Virus record (IMG/VR): IMGVR_UViG_3300049491_000383
Span: 64,001 to 128,000 of that record
Length of the DNA: 64,000 bases
DNA from: a virus
Reading direction: 5' to 3' (one strand)
This document shows, piece by piece, positions 10,391-20,512 of the stretch (positions within the stretch are counted from its first letter, which is position 1; the number at the start of each line of letters is the position of its first letter). The notes below the pieces were generated by a model. The model was not told where the DNA came from and searched no databases. It was given only the letters and a program-made list of their open reading frames with translations. A program made the position numbers and the translations under genes.

Positions 10391-10624
10391 TTAGTTTTTA
10401 GCTAATTCCTGTCTAAGTCCAGTAAATCCGCCAGGTACAAGTTGTCCATCTTTGAAAATTTGTGGAACAGAACGTACCTTGCTTCCAACCCTTTCTTCCA
10501 AACTTCTCATATTTGCAGTGTCGTCGATGTCGATATAATCGTATTCGATAGATTTCGATTCACAGAGTGAAACTGCCTGCTTACAAAAGGTGCACCATTC
10601 CGCACCATAAATCTCAATCTTCAT
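10391..10624 (-). CDS. glutaredoxin
   Basis: WCTFC, SVPQIF, GGF motifs. Confidence 0.92.
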   Translation of the reverse strand: MKIEIYGAEWCTFCKQAVSLCESKSIEYDYIDIDDTANMRSLEERVGSKVRSVPQIFKDGQLVPGGFTGLRQELAKN

Positions 10625-10698
10625 AGTAATATCTCCTTGGAGTATTACTTATCTCATCATACGCCATGACAAAACTATACAGATATCGTTGTTGCTTG

Positions 10699-10911
10699 TC
10701 AATCAATGACAGACATGAACTCTAAAGTGCCATCCGGGTATTCAAAAATACCAATTGTCTCCACCTTTCTTCCCGGGAATGGGTTTCTTGCTGGAAATTC
10801 CGCCACCTTCAAAACGATTACATTCTTGCGGTATGTTTCTGTAATTTTAATAATTGTGCCCTTAAAGCCGTTGAATGAGAGTCTTCCGCCCTCTCTGAAA
10901 AATGATGCCAT
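10699..10911 (-). CDS. hypothetical protein
   Basis: 70-aa ORF in the operon. Confidence 0.5.
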   Translation of the reverse strand: MASFFREGGRLSFNGFKGTIIKITETYRKNVIVLKVAEFPARNPFPGRKVETIGIFEYPDGTLEFMSVID

Positions 10912-10912
10912 G

Positions 10913-11434
10913 TTATCTCGGATATAATGTTACTATGGGTGTCCACAATGTACGATTCTTCATCTCAGTTAAATCTTTGATGTAGAGTGCCACTTCAGTT
11001 GGATCCATCTTAGTTGCGTTAATTTGTTGAACACGTGGAGTATCTATATACCCGGGCTTCACTAACATAACCTTACACGGTTGATATGCTTGCTGCAACT
11101 GGAGACAAGCATCTTGTAACGCTCTTTTCTGCACATTATATGGTCGTGCAAAATTTGGATTATAATCGGCTGCGTCAGACCCGATATTTACTATTAACTT
11201 TTCTTTATCCTTCCACTGTTCCCATAATTCGTAAAGGAGTGTTGTCTGTTCCCAACCTAAATCAGCATTGTTGATGAAAATATCACAATCCTGAATTGTC
11301 AGGAACATTCGTTGTCTATTAGCACGAAGACGTAGATCAAATCCATTAGTCCTTGAAAACCCAATTACATCTGTATACAGGTTGGATAACTCTTTTCCAA
11401 TGCCACTTGTGTGGCCAGTTATTGCAATCCTCAT
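10913..11434 (-). CDS. short-chain dehydrogenase/reductase
   Basis: ITGHTSGIG, FINNA, NIGS, YNVQK, PGYIDT. Confidence 0.88.
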   Translation of the reverse strand: MRIAITGHTSGIGKELSNLYTDVIGFSRTNGFDLRLRANRQRMFLTIQDCDIFINNADLGWEQTTLLYELWEQWKDKEKLIVNIGSDAADYNPNFARPYNVQKRALQDACLQLQQAYQPCKVMLVKPGYIDTPRVQQINATKMDPTEVALYIKDLTEMKNRTLWTPIVTLYPR

Positions 11435-11991
11435 ACTGGTTTCTTGAGTTCTAATAAGGAACTAAGATCGTCTAGAACTAAATGTATTCTACGATTCCTA
11501 CTACCATTTACAAATGTATGTTTCTTTCGTGTATCCACAATATAAAGATTGCCATCACAGGGAATGTGATAGAAGGATGCATCTTTTGGAAACAAAAACA
11601 AACAATCGGGATTCGTATCTATCACATAATGATAGCGCATAGATAAATCACCGTGTATGGTATAGCACTTAGGACCATCCATGGTCATAATTCTAAATCG
11701 TCCAATATTAGGTATAGACTGATACATTTCAAATAAGGATGTCGATTTGAATGCTTCGTTGAAGATTGTAAAATCCCTTTCTTCAAACTTGAATTCTTTT
11801 GATTCGTAATCAAAAATAGACCCGGTACACTCTAGTACCTTTTCTTCCATCGATAGCTCAAGAGTCTTTGGAGAATGAGTTAACCCAATCTGCGGTAAAT
11901 TAAACTCTTCGATAAGAGTTAATGTATCTTTCTTAATTCTTTCAAAGTCGAATTTATACTCGGGTAGTTTTGTTACTATGCGAGGATTCAT
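11431..11991 (-). CDS. 2OG-Fe(II) oxygenase, Asp/Asn beta-hydroxylase-like
   Basis: H-x-D (HGD), RYH, HTFVNGS..RIHLVLD. Confidence 0.75.
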   Translation of the reverse strand: MNPRIVTKLPEYKFDFERIKKDTLTLIEEFNLPQIGLTHSPKTLELSMEEKVLECTGSIFDYESKEFKFEERDFTIFNEAFKSTSLFEMYQSIPNIGRFRIMTMDGPKCYTIHGDLSMRYHYVIDTNPDCLFLFPKDASFYHIPCDGNLYIVDTRKKHTFVNGSRNRRIHLVLDDLSSLLELKKPV

Positions 11992-11992
11992 C

Positions 11993-12067
11993 TGGTGCCC
12001 CTAGCAGGAATCGAACCTGCATCTAATATTTCGGAAATACTTATTCTATCCATTGAACTATAGGGAC
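11993..12067 (-). tRNA. tRNA-Arg(CCG)
   Basis: Loop UUCCGAA, CCA. Confidence 0.9.
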
Positions 12068-12522
12068 GTTGTCTGCCTTGCGGATTCTAGATATATCTCA
12101 TCATATTTCCTACGATAGGATCTAGTTCCTTTGCCCTTATTTCTCCCGGCAAATGTTGGAGTCTGTGAATGGCAGTTTGGACACAGGAGTGTTAAATTTT
12201 CTTCCTTACTGTTAAGTCCATTACCATCAATGTGTTCTAAGGTAAGTGATAATGGTAAGCCTCTCCAGTCGGAAATACCACATCCAGTACATTTATTCTC
12301 AAATTTTTCTTCTATATATCGACGTATATGTCTACTTATTCCATAAATTACATCACCGGTAATCGATCCGGATTTCCATTGCTCTATGAAAATCCTGTGT
12401 TCTTCATCCTTTTGACATTTCTTACTGCAATATAAATTTGCATTACCGTGCTTAAAGTAATTCTCTTCATTACAATACAAACATCTATATGTTTTCTTAC
12501 TTCCCACTATTCCGGTTGGCAT
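12058..12522 (-). mobile_element. HNH endonuclease between tRNA genes
   Basis: CxxC, LEHIDGN...NLTLLCPNCHSQT; stop codon lies inside the tRNA-Arg 5' end. Confidence 0.85.
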
Positions 12523-12563
12523 AAGGTATTACTCCTACTACAAAGTAGTATTTATACCTTTAG

Positions 12564-12637
12564 TGGTGCTGGATGAGAGAATCGGACTCTCGTTCTTTCT
12601 TTACGAGGGAAATGTAATGCCACTATACTAATCCAGC
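12564..12637 (-). tRNA. tRNA-Thr(CGU)
   Basis: Loop CUCGUAA, CCA. Confidence 0.85.
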
Positions 12638-12792
12638 TTATCTTCTTCGGTAACCTGTTCTACAAGTTGCTGCCACCAGTTCTCAATTGAACCGTATTTT
12701 AATTTCCATGCTGTGTGATCTTCCGAACCTTCAACCATATTTACCGATCGGTTGACAGACATGGCCCACTCGGGAATTTCTTCTTCTGGCAT

Positions 12793-13032
12793 TTATTTCT
12801 TACTTGCTGCTATCATTAATGCTGCAATTCTTGCTGCCTCATCTTCGGCATAAGTTCCGTTGCGCTTTTTCAATTCAATTAATTGTTCCTTGACCCACAA
12901 AGGAAAGTGTGATCCGGATAAGTTATTTATATCCTCTTCGGAATAATTTTCTATGTTGTCGATTACTTCCTGCTGTGCAGGTTTCTTCTTCATTTTCTTG
13001 AAGAACTTGTCCGGATTATAGAAACTACGCAT
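12793..13032 (-). CDS. hypothetical protein
   Basis: 79-aa ORF with a late box upstream. Confidence 0.5.
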   Translation of the reverse strand: MRSFYNPDKFFKKMKKKPAQQEVIDNIENYSEEDINNLSGSHFPLWVKEQLIELKKRNGTYAEDEAARIAALMIAASKK

Positions 13033-13058
13033 CTCTATATTTATGACATAAATATTGT

Positions 13059-13532
13059 ATGCTCTTCAAATATTTAAGTCTACCAAAAATCCCGGACGAA
13101 TTACTTCTTCACAACGAAGAAGATTTTACCGAGATGGAAAACATCTTCAAAAATAAAGGTTCCAGATTCTATAAACAACACCTTGTTACCAATCCGGAAC
13201 TAAAAAAATTCATTGAGGACATTTTTGGCTGTCCCTGTTTCTGCACTTATCAGGTAATCAAAAATGGCATACCAGTACATAAAGATTCAGGAAGAACTGA
13301 ATGTATCAATTACCTAATTACCACAGGTGGTCCCGATGCAGCACTGGACTTCTACAATAATAGATTCAAGGTAGAACATTCAGAAAAATTACCTGCCCAT
13401 GTATGGCATTGGCTTAATGTTTCCGGACTACACGGTGTGTCGGGCCTAACATCAACACGGATTTCAATATCTATCGAATTACGCGGTGAAAGTAATGTAC
13501 TTGCACAAACCAGTAACGATTCCATTCTCTAA
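13059..13532 (+). CDS. 2OG-Fe(II) oxygenase-like protein
   Basis: VHKD..R..INY, LNVSGLHGV..R.SISI. Confidence 0.6.
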   Translation: MLFKYLSLPKIPDELLLHNEEDFTEMENIFKNKGSRFYKQHLVTNPELKKFIEDIFGCPCFCTYQVIKNGIPVHKDSGRTECINYLITTGGPDAALDFYNNRFKVEHSEKLPAHVWHWLNVSGLHGVSGLTSTRISISIELRGESNVLAQTSNDSIL

Positions 13533-14055
13533 AATACTCATTGACTTAACGGAAGAATATCTTAAGGATATGAATTCTGAAATGCTCTATGTTAAGGTTA
13601 TTCCATTACCTAATATAGTACGAGATGGGATTAATGAATACCTACGAAGTAAAAATGTAGGAGATATCTTATCAGCACTTGCATTCAAGAGAAAGAATGT
13701 AACTGCATCCTATGTCTACAGCCATATTGATTGGTCATCAAAATGGGGAATAATGAATTGTTCTGTTGTTATTCCCACCTCGGGCCTGGGTGGGCAAGTC
13801 TGGTATGACGGCGATTACGATTTCAAAGGTGAGCAGGTCGCGGGTGCAAACGGTCTTGTTGATTACGGGAAGATAACCTGGAATGGGGTTGGTAATCTTT
13901 TAGAATCAGCAGATATCGTTGATGGACCGGAACTTGTTAGGACCGATCTTCCACATAATGCGTATTGTGATGGAAACGGATATCGCACAACCTGCACAAT
14001 TCGTTTTCACGGAAACGAAGACTTTGATACCTTATATAGGAAACTTAGTACCTAA
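13486..14055 (+). CDS. 2OG-Fe(II) oxygenase-like protein
   Basis: SHID, LVRTDLPHNA...R..TIRF. Confidence 0.6.
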   Translation: MKVMYLHKPVTIPFSKILIDLTEEYLKDMNSEMLYVKVIPLPNIVRDGINEYLRSKNVGDILSALAFKRKNVTASYVYSHIDWSSKWGIMNCSVVIPTSGLGGQVWYDGDYDFKGEQVAGANGLVDYGKITWNGVGNLLESADIVDGPELVRTDLPHNAYCDGNGYRTTCTIRFHGNEDFDTLYRKLST

Positions 14056-14521
14056 TCTTTGTTTCATCAAACTCAAAGTAATATACGTTTCCATACCCGT
14101 ATGCATTACTCATGAATTTATTACCAATGCAATCTGTATCTTTGTAGAAATACATCTTACCTTCATACATAAAAATAATCATTAGGTAATCTAATTGCTT
14201 GATTTGGACTATGCGCTTATAGTCTTCAAACTTCTTATCGACTGTAAAACACTGCTTACCCTTAAATGGATAGAGTGATGATTTCACTTTTACATCAACT
14301 GCAAATCTACCTTTTGGAGAGCCGGGTTTATTGTAAACACAGAAATCCGGTTGTATAACCTTTCCTTCTGTGCCTATCATACGAGGCCCATATCCGTCGC
14401 CGTGGACTTGGCTTCGCGTATCTTCAACCAGACCGAAGTTCTTTATCAGATATTCAAAAACTGCATCTTCACCGGCTATGCCGATAGCAAGGCTTTCCTG
14501 AAATTTATCGTCCGTTGACAA
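14045..14521 (-). CDS. PD-(D/E)xK nuclease-like protein
   Basis: GE..V, QPDF, VDVKVK motif. Confidence 0.55.
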   Translation of the reverse strand: MSTDDKFQESLAIGIAGEDAVFEYLIKNFGLVEDTRSQVHGDGYGPRMIGTEGKVIQPDFCVYNKPGSPKGRFAVDVKVKSSLYPFKGKQCFTVDKKFEDYKRIVQIKQLDYLMIIFMYEGKMYFYKDTDCIGNKFMSNAYGYGNVYYFEFDETKIRY

Positions 14522-14987
14522 TTATTTCTCTCGCTTTCATAAGCACAACACCAAGAAGATTCTGTCCATCCCACTGTGTCGGATCAGTTGCACGTGGATC
14601 GTTCTGTGTCATACCAATTCCCCACACCTTGTCATAGGGACTGGCTTCAACAATGATAGAATCACCAGTATCAAGCATGCAATTCAAACTGTAGGTATCT
14701 TGTGTGAATTTTGAAACAAGTGCCGGGACCATGATTTCTTGGCACGCGGCCATCCAGACTTCTTGATCAAACCCACGAACCTGACGACCGAGGAATTTCT
14801 GTTTGCGTGGATGAGCCTGTTCCATAATCATTTCAGCAACATCAATGTCTTTGAAGAGCATTGCCTTCTTGTACATCATATATTGTTCGGAACAATTGTA
14901 TCTGTGTCCTTCGTGATCAAAGGACTGTGGATACCAGTTGGAGAATGGGCTGTCAGATTCCCAGAAGAATGTGAATTTTTGTGTCAT
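14505..14987 (-). CDS. NADAR (YbiA-like) family protein
   Basis: FSNWY, SEQYMMYKKAMLF, EASPYDKVWGIG, GQNLLG. Confidence 0.9.
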   Translation of the reverse strand: MTQKFTFFWESDSPFSNWYPQSFDHEGHRYNCSEQYMMYKKAMLFKDIDVAEMIMEQAHPRKQKFLGRQVRGFDQEVWMAACQEIMVPALVSKFTQDTYSLNCMLDTGDSIIVEASPYDKVWGIGMTQNDPRATDPTQWDGQNLLGVVLMKAREIIVNGR

Positions 14988-15180
14988 AGTGCTGATGCAA
15001 TAAACATGACAACTGAAATTACTGAAAGAACTGCGGTAGCAATTGCTCCCCAGATCATCATAAATCCCCAAACAGTTTCGTAGTTGCCGACTTTGTTAAC
15101 CATGTATAGGCCGAAGAAGGCCACAACCAAGGCGATAACAATCAATATTGCTAATATCATGTGTGTCTTTCAAAGTGAAA

Positions 15181-15254
15181 TGGTCCCTCGTGAAGGAGTC
15201 GAACCCTCCGAACCTGGTTTAGAAGACCTGGTGCCAAAATCCGTTGGACGAGAG
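15181..15254 (-). tRNA. tRNA-Arg(UCU)
   Basis: Loop CUUCUAA, CCA. Confidence 0.8.
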
Positions 15255-15261
15255 AAATGTA

Positions 15262-15336
15262 TGGTAGGACTTACAGGGTTCGAACCTGTGACCTTCACAA
15301 TGTCAATGTGATATTCTACCGCTGAAATAAAGTCCT
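15262..15336 (-). tRNA. tRNA-Val(GAC)
   Basis: Loop UUGACAU, CCA. Confidence 0.9.
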
Positions 15337-15562
15337 ATATTCTATTTACCTGATACGTGTCTTTGATGTTGTTATGAAAGAAAAAGCCTTTCGACGGTGC
15401 TTTCAACCAACGCTCAAATATTGTACGACTAATACCAGGGATTGAATATGAAATGCCGTTTGACAATCTCATAGTCAATACCTTGTTGGGTCTATTATAT
15501 GTTAGATCGGAAATCCAGGCCGACATCACCTGCTTTTCATTAATGACTTCCGATGCTCTCAT
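15335..15562 (-). CDS. KTSC domain protein
   Basis: SAWISDLTYN...L...Y...APSKGFFFHNNIKDTY. Confidence 0.8.
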   Translation of the reverse strand: MRASEVINEKQVMSAWISDLTYNRPNKVLTMRLSNGISYSIPGISRTIFERWLKAPSKGFFFHNNIKDTYQVNRI

Positions 15563-16022
15563 TTCTTAAATATTCAACAAACCTATAATTATAGTTTTCG
15601 TTGCTCCCTGCTAGTGTACTATTTATCTTCCACTTTGTCAAGTCGATGCCAGGGAAAAATACATCGGCTTCAAAGTCTTGGTCAATGTGTGTAATGACTA
15701 ACTTAGTTGCCAAATCAATTGTCTGTCTATAAATCGATGCACCACCAATCACCACAAGCTCATTGTAACAATGCTCAACAGACAATGCGGATTCAATATC
15801 TTTTGCAACTACCACACCCATCATTTCCTGATGTGTTACAACAATATTCTTACGTCCCGGGAGTGGTCTTCCAATGCTTACAAAAGTATTGGAGCCCATA
15901 ATAACTACCTTACCCATTGTGTAAGACTTAAAATGTTTCATATCCTCCGGAATTTTCCAAAGAAGCTGATTTTTGAGTCCTAACTCATTATTCCGCCCAA
16001 TAGCGGCGATAAGGGTAATCAT
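15540..16022 (-). CDS. folA: dihydrofolate reductase
   Basis: LLWKIPEDMKHFK, VIMG, RPLPGRKNIV, VIGGASIY, ADVFFP. Confidence 0.95.
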   Translation of the reverse strand: MITLIAAIGRNNELGLKNQLLWKIPEDMKHFKSYTMGKVVIMGSNTFVSIGRPLPGRKNIVVTHQEMMGVVVAKDIESALSVEHCYNELVVIGGASIYRQTIDLATKLVITHIDQDFEADVFFPGIDLTKWKINSTLAGSNENYNYRFVEYLRNESIGSH

Positions 16023-16196
16023 AGCGGCCAGCGAACATCCTTGATGTCGTCGGACTTAAGATCCTTCAGAATCTGGCGTTTTACCGGACCTAAACTCTGA
16101 ATTAGCTCACCGGGCTTTGCATGGTTGTTTGTCGAGCTCAATACGTGATGCATCATAGCACCCTCGGCTAATTTCTGCATTACTTCCTTAGCTTGA

Positions 16197-16493
16197 TTAC
16201 GCTTTGTCTTCATTTGAATCCTCAACCATTTCCCTTAGCTCAGTAAGGTTTGCTCTAAGATGCTTTAGTTTTTCAACCAGAAGCTCTGTAATCTTAACTA
16301 ATGCTTCCATGGGAGGATACATTTTACGAATAGTATCACATTCAAGTTGAATCATTCTCATAGCTGCACGATTTTGAATTGGTGCAGCCATGATTGATGC
16401 ATTCAAATATTCTGTGCGCCGCCTCTCGAACTCAGCAGGGTCGGTTTCGTAAAGCCTTGACCATTCATCAAAGTTGAATTTATCCATAGACAT
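16197..16493 (-). CDS. DUF3135-like protein
   Basis: FDEW..L...DPAEFERRR pattern. Confidence 0.55.
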   Translation of the reverse strand: MSMDKFNFDEWSRLYETDPAEFERRRTEYLNASIMAAPIQNRAAMRMIQLECDTIRKMYPPMEALVKITELLVEKLKHLRANLTELREMVEDSNEDKA

Positions 16494-16505
16494 AGTGTAA
16501 TATAT

Positions 16506-17036
16506 TTAGCCTAGGAAGTCAATAATCTTACCGACTGCGTCTCTGCCAGTTTCGATAATATGATAAGGAACTCCTTGACTATTTAACATATTCTTAACGT
16601 CAATATCAAGTTCCTTAGCTTCATCCTCTGTCTGGAAACGACCTTTAGGATTGTAGGGCTTATTACGTACTAGGAAAATATTCAAGTTGTCATATATGTT
16701 GTATGCTTCTCGAATAGCTGTGCGCAATGAAGGGATTGGAAAATCGTCGGGCATATAGATTAGCCCAAGGAATAAAGGACAGTCGGTAACGATTACATCT
16801 ACATCCTGAGCGCATCTACGCAGGCGGAAATGTTGCTTACCGAAAATATATTCCTGTGCTTGGAAAACTTTGGGGACACCTAAATGGTTTGTTCCAAATT
16901 CCCATGCTTTATCTTTTGCGTACTCTTGAACGTATTCGCAGTTTACACCACGAAACTTTAGCTCAGCAAAAACCGCCGCAGCGGTTGTTGATTTGCCTGT
17001 ACCCGGACCACCATACAGATTTATTACCTTAGTCAT
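16506..17036 (-). CDS. P-loop kinase (NadR/AAA_28-like)
   Basis: NLYGGPGTGKST, EYAKD, VIVTDCP, GRFQTE. Confidence 0.75.
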   Translation of the reverse strand: MTKVINLYGGPGTGKSTTAAAVFAELKFRGVNCEYVQEYAKDKAWEFGTNHLGVPKVFQAQEYIFGKQHFRLRRCAQDVDVIVTDCPLFLGLIYMPDDFPIPSLRTAIREAYNIYDNLNIFLVRNKPYNPKGRFQTEDEAKELDIDVKNMLNSQGVPYHIIETGRDAVGKIIDFLG

Positions 17037-17052
17037 TACTGACCTTTCACAA

Positions 17053-17142
17053 TGGAGGAAGCAGTGAGATTCGAACTCACGGACCCGATTAAGAGTCGCT
17101 AGTTTTCAAGACTAGAGCCATCAGCCGCTCGGCCATACTTCC
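17053..17142 (-). tRNA. tRNA-Ser(UGA)
   Basis: Loop CUUGAAA, long variable arm, CCA. Confidence 0.9.
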
Positions 17143-17147
17143 ATTTT

Positions 17148-17246
17148 TGGTAGGAGAACTTGGAATCGAACCAAGGACGTGCCCCTATCTGGGGCCACGG
17201 AGTGCCGGTGTATAAGGCCGGTGTTTTACCACTAAACTATTCTCCC
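17148..17246 (-). tRNA. tRNA with UAU anticodon (Ile) and long variable arm
   Basis: Loop CUUAUAC, ~29-nt variable region, CCA. Confidence 0.8.
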
Positions 17247-17253
17247 GAATACT

Positions 17254-17376
17254 TTACTTCTTTGCTTTGAATGCTGCCCACTTTGCTGCAATTGCATTCT
17301 GAACCATCTTTGCCCAGAACGGTTGTGGGAAGTTCCATCCAATAAATGCACCAAGTGCAATCCATACTAATGTCAT
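17254..17376 (-). CDS. small membrane protein (40 aa)
   Basis: MTLVWIALGAFIGWNFPQPFWAK...; AGGAG SD and late box. Confidence 0.6.
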   Translation of the reverse strand: MTLVWIALGAFIGWNFPQPFWAKMVQNAIAAKWAAFKAKK

Positions 17377-17409
17377 GATAAACTCCTAGCACAAAATTGT
17401 GCTTAGTAT

Positions 17410-17688
17410 TTATCCTTTTGCAATTTTCCTGGCTGCAGAAATCTCGTTTTGGAACTCTTCTCTATTTCTAGCAAACAGATCCCTGACTTCATCTCCAGTT
17501 AGTTCCCTGAATCTTCCGTCGGTCCATTCACTGTATGGACGAATCCATGCTTCTCGATCAAATGGCCAAACATGATTATATACAGTCCAGAGACTTTTGT
17601 CAACGGTACTCTTTGCCTCTGGCACAAGAACTTCATAGACACCACCATACCGGTGTTGGTAATATTTGTATACTTGTGGTTTTGTCAT
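17410..17688 (-). CDS. DUF1653-like protein
   Basis: YQHRYGGVYEV...A....VY...WIRP..EW. Confidence 0.65.
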   Translation of the reverse strand: MTKPQVYKYYQHRYGGVYEVLVPEAKSTVDKSLWTVYNHVWPFDREAWIRPYSEWTDGRFRELTGDEVRDLFARNREEFQNEISAARKIAKG

Positions 17689-17884
17689 TTCTTGATCGGG
17701 GTTGCAGGTGTGATAGTAACCGCACTGGCTGCCTGTGCAGGAGCAATAGCCTTCTGTTCCTTAACTTCCGGTTTTGGATAAACTTTGATTGTTGGAATCA
17801 ATCCGAGATCCTTGATAGGAAGTGTTGGTTGTGTTTGGGCAAGGGAGCAAACAGGAATCAATGCAACAATTAGAAAATATTTCA

Positions 17885-18625
17885 TTATTGATTAGGTACA
17901 ACTGTTGTATCTCTCCTTGGTCCGGTTAATGGTGGTAAATCAGTACGTTTTCCATCCCAATTTACTCCGTTGCATAATTGGTATGTGGTGGAACCAATTC
18001 GTGCATTTGCACAAAGGTCTGCAAGCTGAGCTCTAATTTGAGCATTCCTTGCCTCGACTGCAATTTTTCTATCATTAGCAATATTGAATTGATCAAAATT
18101 GCTCTTCATAGTATCGGAAATTTGATTAATTCGATCTGTTTGGCGCTTGATAACATCACGAATTGGAGCAAGTCTTGAACGATCTAAATCTGTTACCATA
18201 CCACGGATGGTTGCATCCCCGGATGATTTCATGTTGTTGATTCTTGCAGTGTAGGTTGCATTCATTGACATACACCAATCATATCGAGCCTGCGGCAATT
18301 GACCGGTGCAACCAAACCCGTTGTATTCTGCCACTACTGCATCAATGCCAGCTTGTAAGGCTGCCTTCTTATCGTCAATTTCTTTCTGCGCTACCACTGT
18401 AGCAGAAGCAAGGTTCTTATTCTGTTGATCTCTATTATCAGCCAGTACCCTGTTTTCCTTCATCAGGCGTTCATTTTCAAGAGTAAATCCCGAAAGTGTT
18501 CCTTGTAATGAAGTTGATTCCTGCAGACCGGCGCTTAAATCCGACATAAGGCTCGGAACAGTTACCTGCGAATACGCGGCAACAGATACAAAGCAGAGTG
18601 CAATCAGGGACATTTTGAATTTCAT
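17885..18625 (-). CDS. exported coiled-coil protein
   Basis: Signal peptide, heptad-rich sequence, Cys pairs. Confidence 0.6.
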   Translation of the reverse strand: MKFKMSLIALCFVSVAAYSQVTVPSLMSDLSAGLQESTSLQGTLSGFTLENERLMKENRVLADNRDQQNKNLASATVVAQKEIDDKKAALQAGIDAVVAEYNGFGCTGQLPQARYDWCMSMNATYTARINNMKSSGDATIRGMVTDLDRSRLAPIRDVIKRQTDRINQISDTMKSNFDQFNIANDRKIAVEARNAQIRAQLADLCANARIGSTTYQLCNGVNWDGKRTDLPPLTGPRRDTTVVPNQ

Positions 18626-18644
18626 AAGTTCACCTTTGTGTGTA

Positions 18645-18718
18645 TGGAGCGGGATAGGAGAATCGAACTCCTTTGACTAGCTTGGAAGGCTAGGACACAA
18701 CCAATATGCCAATCCCGC
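18645..18718 (-). tRNA. tRNA-Gly(UCC)
   Basis: Loop CUUCCAA, U73-CCA. Confidence 0.9.
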
Positions 18719-18719
18719 G

Positions 18720-19817
18720 TTATTTAAGATATTCTTTTAGATACTCTTCTGTTCTCTCAGCTAATACTGGATCAAAAGTAACATTCTGTAAGAAGCTATT
18801 AAACTGCTCAATTGTATTTAGTTCTTTCTGATCCAACAATTTTTGCAATCGGTCGTTAATTTCAATTCGGGCCATTTGATCAACTATACCCGATTTCATC
18901 GAAGTTACATCAGTCTCAGAAATCGGGTTGATGTCAAATGTTATACCCTTAAACCCTTCTTGTCTAAGCTTCAATACATATTCCATTATATCTCTAACAT
19001 TCATATAATTCATAATATTCATTGTGAACTTTATGATAATATTAGTATTTGGGTATTGTTTTCTTCTTTCCTGTAAACCCGACACAATGATCTTAAAATT
19101 TCGATCCCAGAGATTCCAGTTTAAATATTTGCGTGTTGGATTTTCACCAATTGCATCAAGACTACACATTAATACGATGTTAGGATGCTTATCAACAATA
19201 CCATTTAGGATACCAAGTACGGCAGATCCATAAGATAGATTTGTAATAATAGAAATATACCTATTAGAATCAAATGGCAGAGCCATCATAAAATCAATGC
19301 AATCTTGGTCAAGCATTGGTTCACCACCAGTTACTTGCACGTTTTTAAGCAAGTTTACATCAAGTATATCGTGTATTCTTCTTGCTTCTGCAGGTCTTAC
19401 TGCAATGCCTTTGAATTTAGTAAATCTCGATTGCTGATCTTCCCACATCGATGATACAGTCGGGTAGCAATAAACGCACATCAATTGACACTTGTTTGAA
19501 AATGCAATTTCAGCATTTCTAACAGGTTGATATACATCCAGATTTTTCCAATCTAATGGTCTACTGTCGTGGTGTGAGTGGCGGCGCCTGTATGATGGAC
19601 CACCATCGTCGTCAATTTTCCAGCAAGAAGTGCATTGCGCATTCCTCTTGTTATCCTTAATGTCCCGACGAAGTTCAATAAACTTCTTATTCAGTACACC
19701 TGTAACAGGATCAATTGGACTTGAACGAACTTTACAACAGGGAGAAACACTGTTGTCATAGAGATGAATCTGAGGCAATCCAGTAAATGGAATTGTGCAA
19801 CGATTATCTTGTGTCAT
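18720..19817 (-). CDS. radical SAM protein with N-terminal SPASM/twitch-like Cys cluster
   Basis: CQLMCVYC, TGGEP, PCC...CTSCW. Confidence 0.85.
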   Translation of the reverse strand: MTQDNRCTIPFTGLPQIHLYDNSVSPCCKVRSSPIDPVTGVLNKKFIELRRDIKDNKRNAQCTSCWKIDDDGGPSYRRRHSHHDSRPLDWKNLDVYQPVRNAEIAFSNKCQLMCVYCYPTVSSMWEDQQSRFTKFKGIAVRPAEARRIHDILDVNLLKNVQVTGGEPMLDQDCIDFMMALPFDSNRYISIITNLSYGSAVLGILNGIVDKHPNIVLMCSLDAIGENPTRKYLNWNLWDRNFKIIVSGLQERRKQYPNTNIIIKFTMNIMNYMNVRDIMEYVLKLRQEGFKGITFDINPISETDVTSMKSGIVDQMARIEINDRLQKLLDQKELNTIEQFNSFLQNVTFDPVLAERTEEYLKEYLK

Positions 19818-19929
19818 AAATGTGACCCCATTGCCTTGTTCCACACTTCCCGTAAGTAGGAGGCTAGAGGGGGCATTCACCTCTTAATGCAGATGCTTTT
19901 AGAAACGATGCGCATCCACAAAATGAATT

Positions 19930-20130
19930 CTATACTACCAGTATCTGGTCTTCTGTCAGACCAATATCAACGCCTGTGTCAAGTTCAATGAGTTTATTCA
20001 GTGATGGCACAATGTCTTTTCTTGCTTTTTCTTTGTCCTTACTTGCAACATAGAAACCAGGAAAATCATCACAGATATATATATGCCATCCATCAGTTTC
20101 CTTATGTTGAACTAGGACGGGAAAGTTCAT
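19930..20130 (-). CDS. HicB/DUF1902-like small protein
   Basis: W..ICDDFPGFYVASKDKE.A pattern. Confidence 0.45.
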   Translation of the reverse strand: MNFPVLVQHKETDGWHIYICDDFPGFYVASKDKEKARKDIVPSLNKLIELDTGVDIGLTEDQILVV

Positions 20131-20383
20131 GCAACCGAATTCCTAATGTCTTGTGCTGTACGGATTTCGTCTGCTTGACGGATTAGGAATCGACCAAGTT
20201 GCTCAACCTGAGTAGGTGTTAGAAACATTTCACTACATCCACGAATTTCTTCGGGAAGAACGTGACGATCAAACTTGACATAAACCGATTCGGAGTACTC
20301 GTCGCTTTCGCGAACAGTTACATCGATTGTGAATGTCGGATTTGCATTAATTCTGAGTTGTGCCATTTTGATTCCAAGTTAAT

Positions 20384-20459
20384 TGGTGCCCCCGCCATGA
20401 TTCGAACACGGGACCCCCGCATTACAAGTGCGGTGCTCTACCAGCTGAGCTACAAGGGC
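20384..20459 (-). tRNA. tRNA-Thr(UGU)
   Basis: Loop CUUGUAA, CCA. Confidence 0.9.
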
Positions 20460-20512
20460 ATATCCTTATTTAGTATCTTATTTTACAGCATTGTTCTTAT
20501 ATGGTCAAGCAC

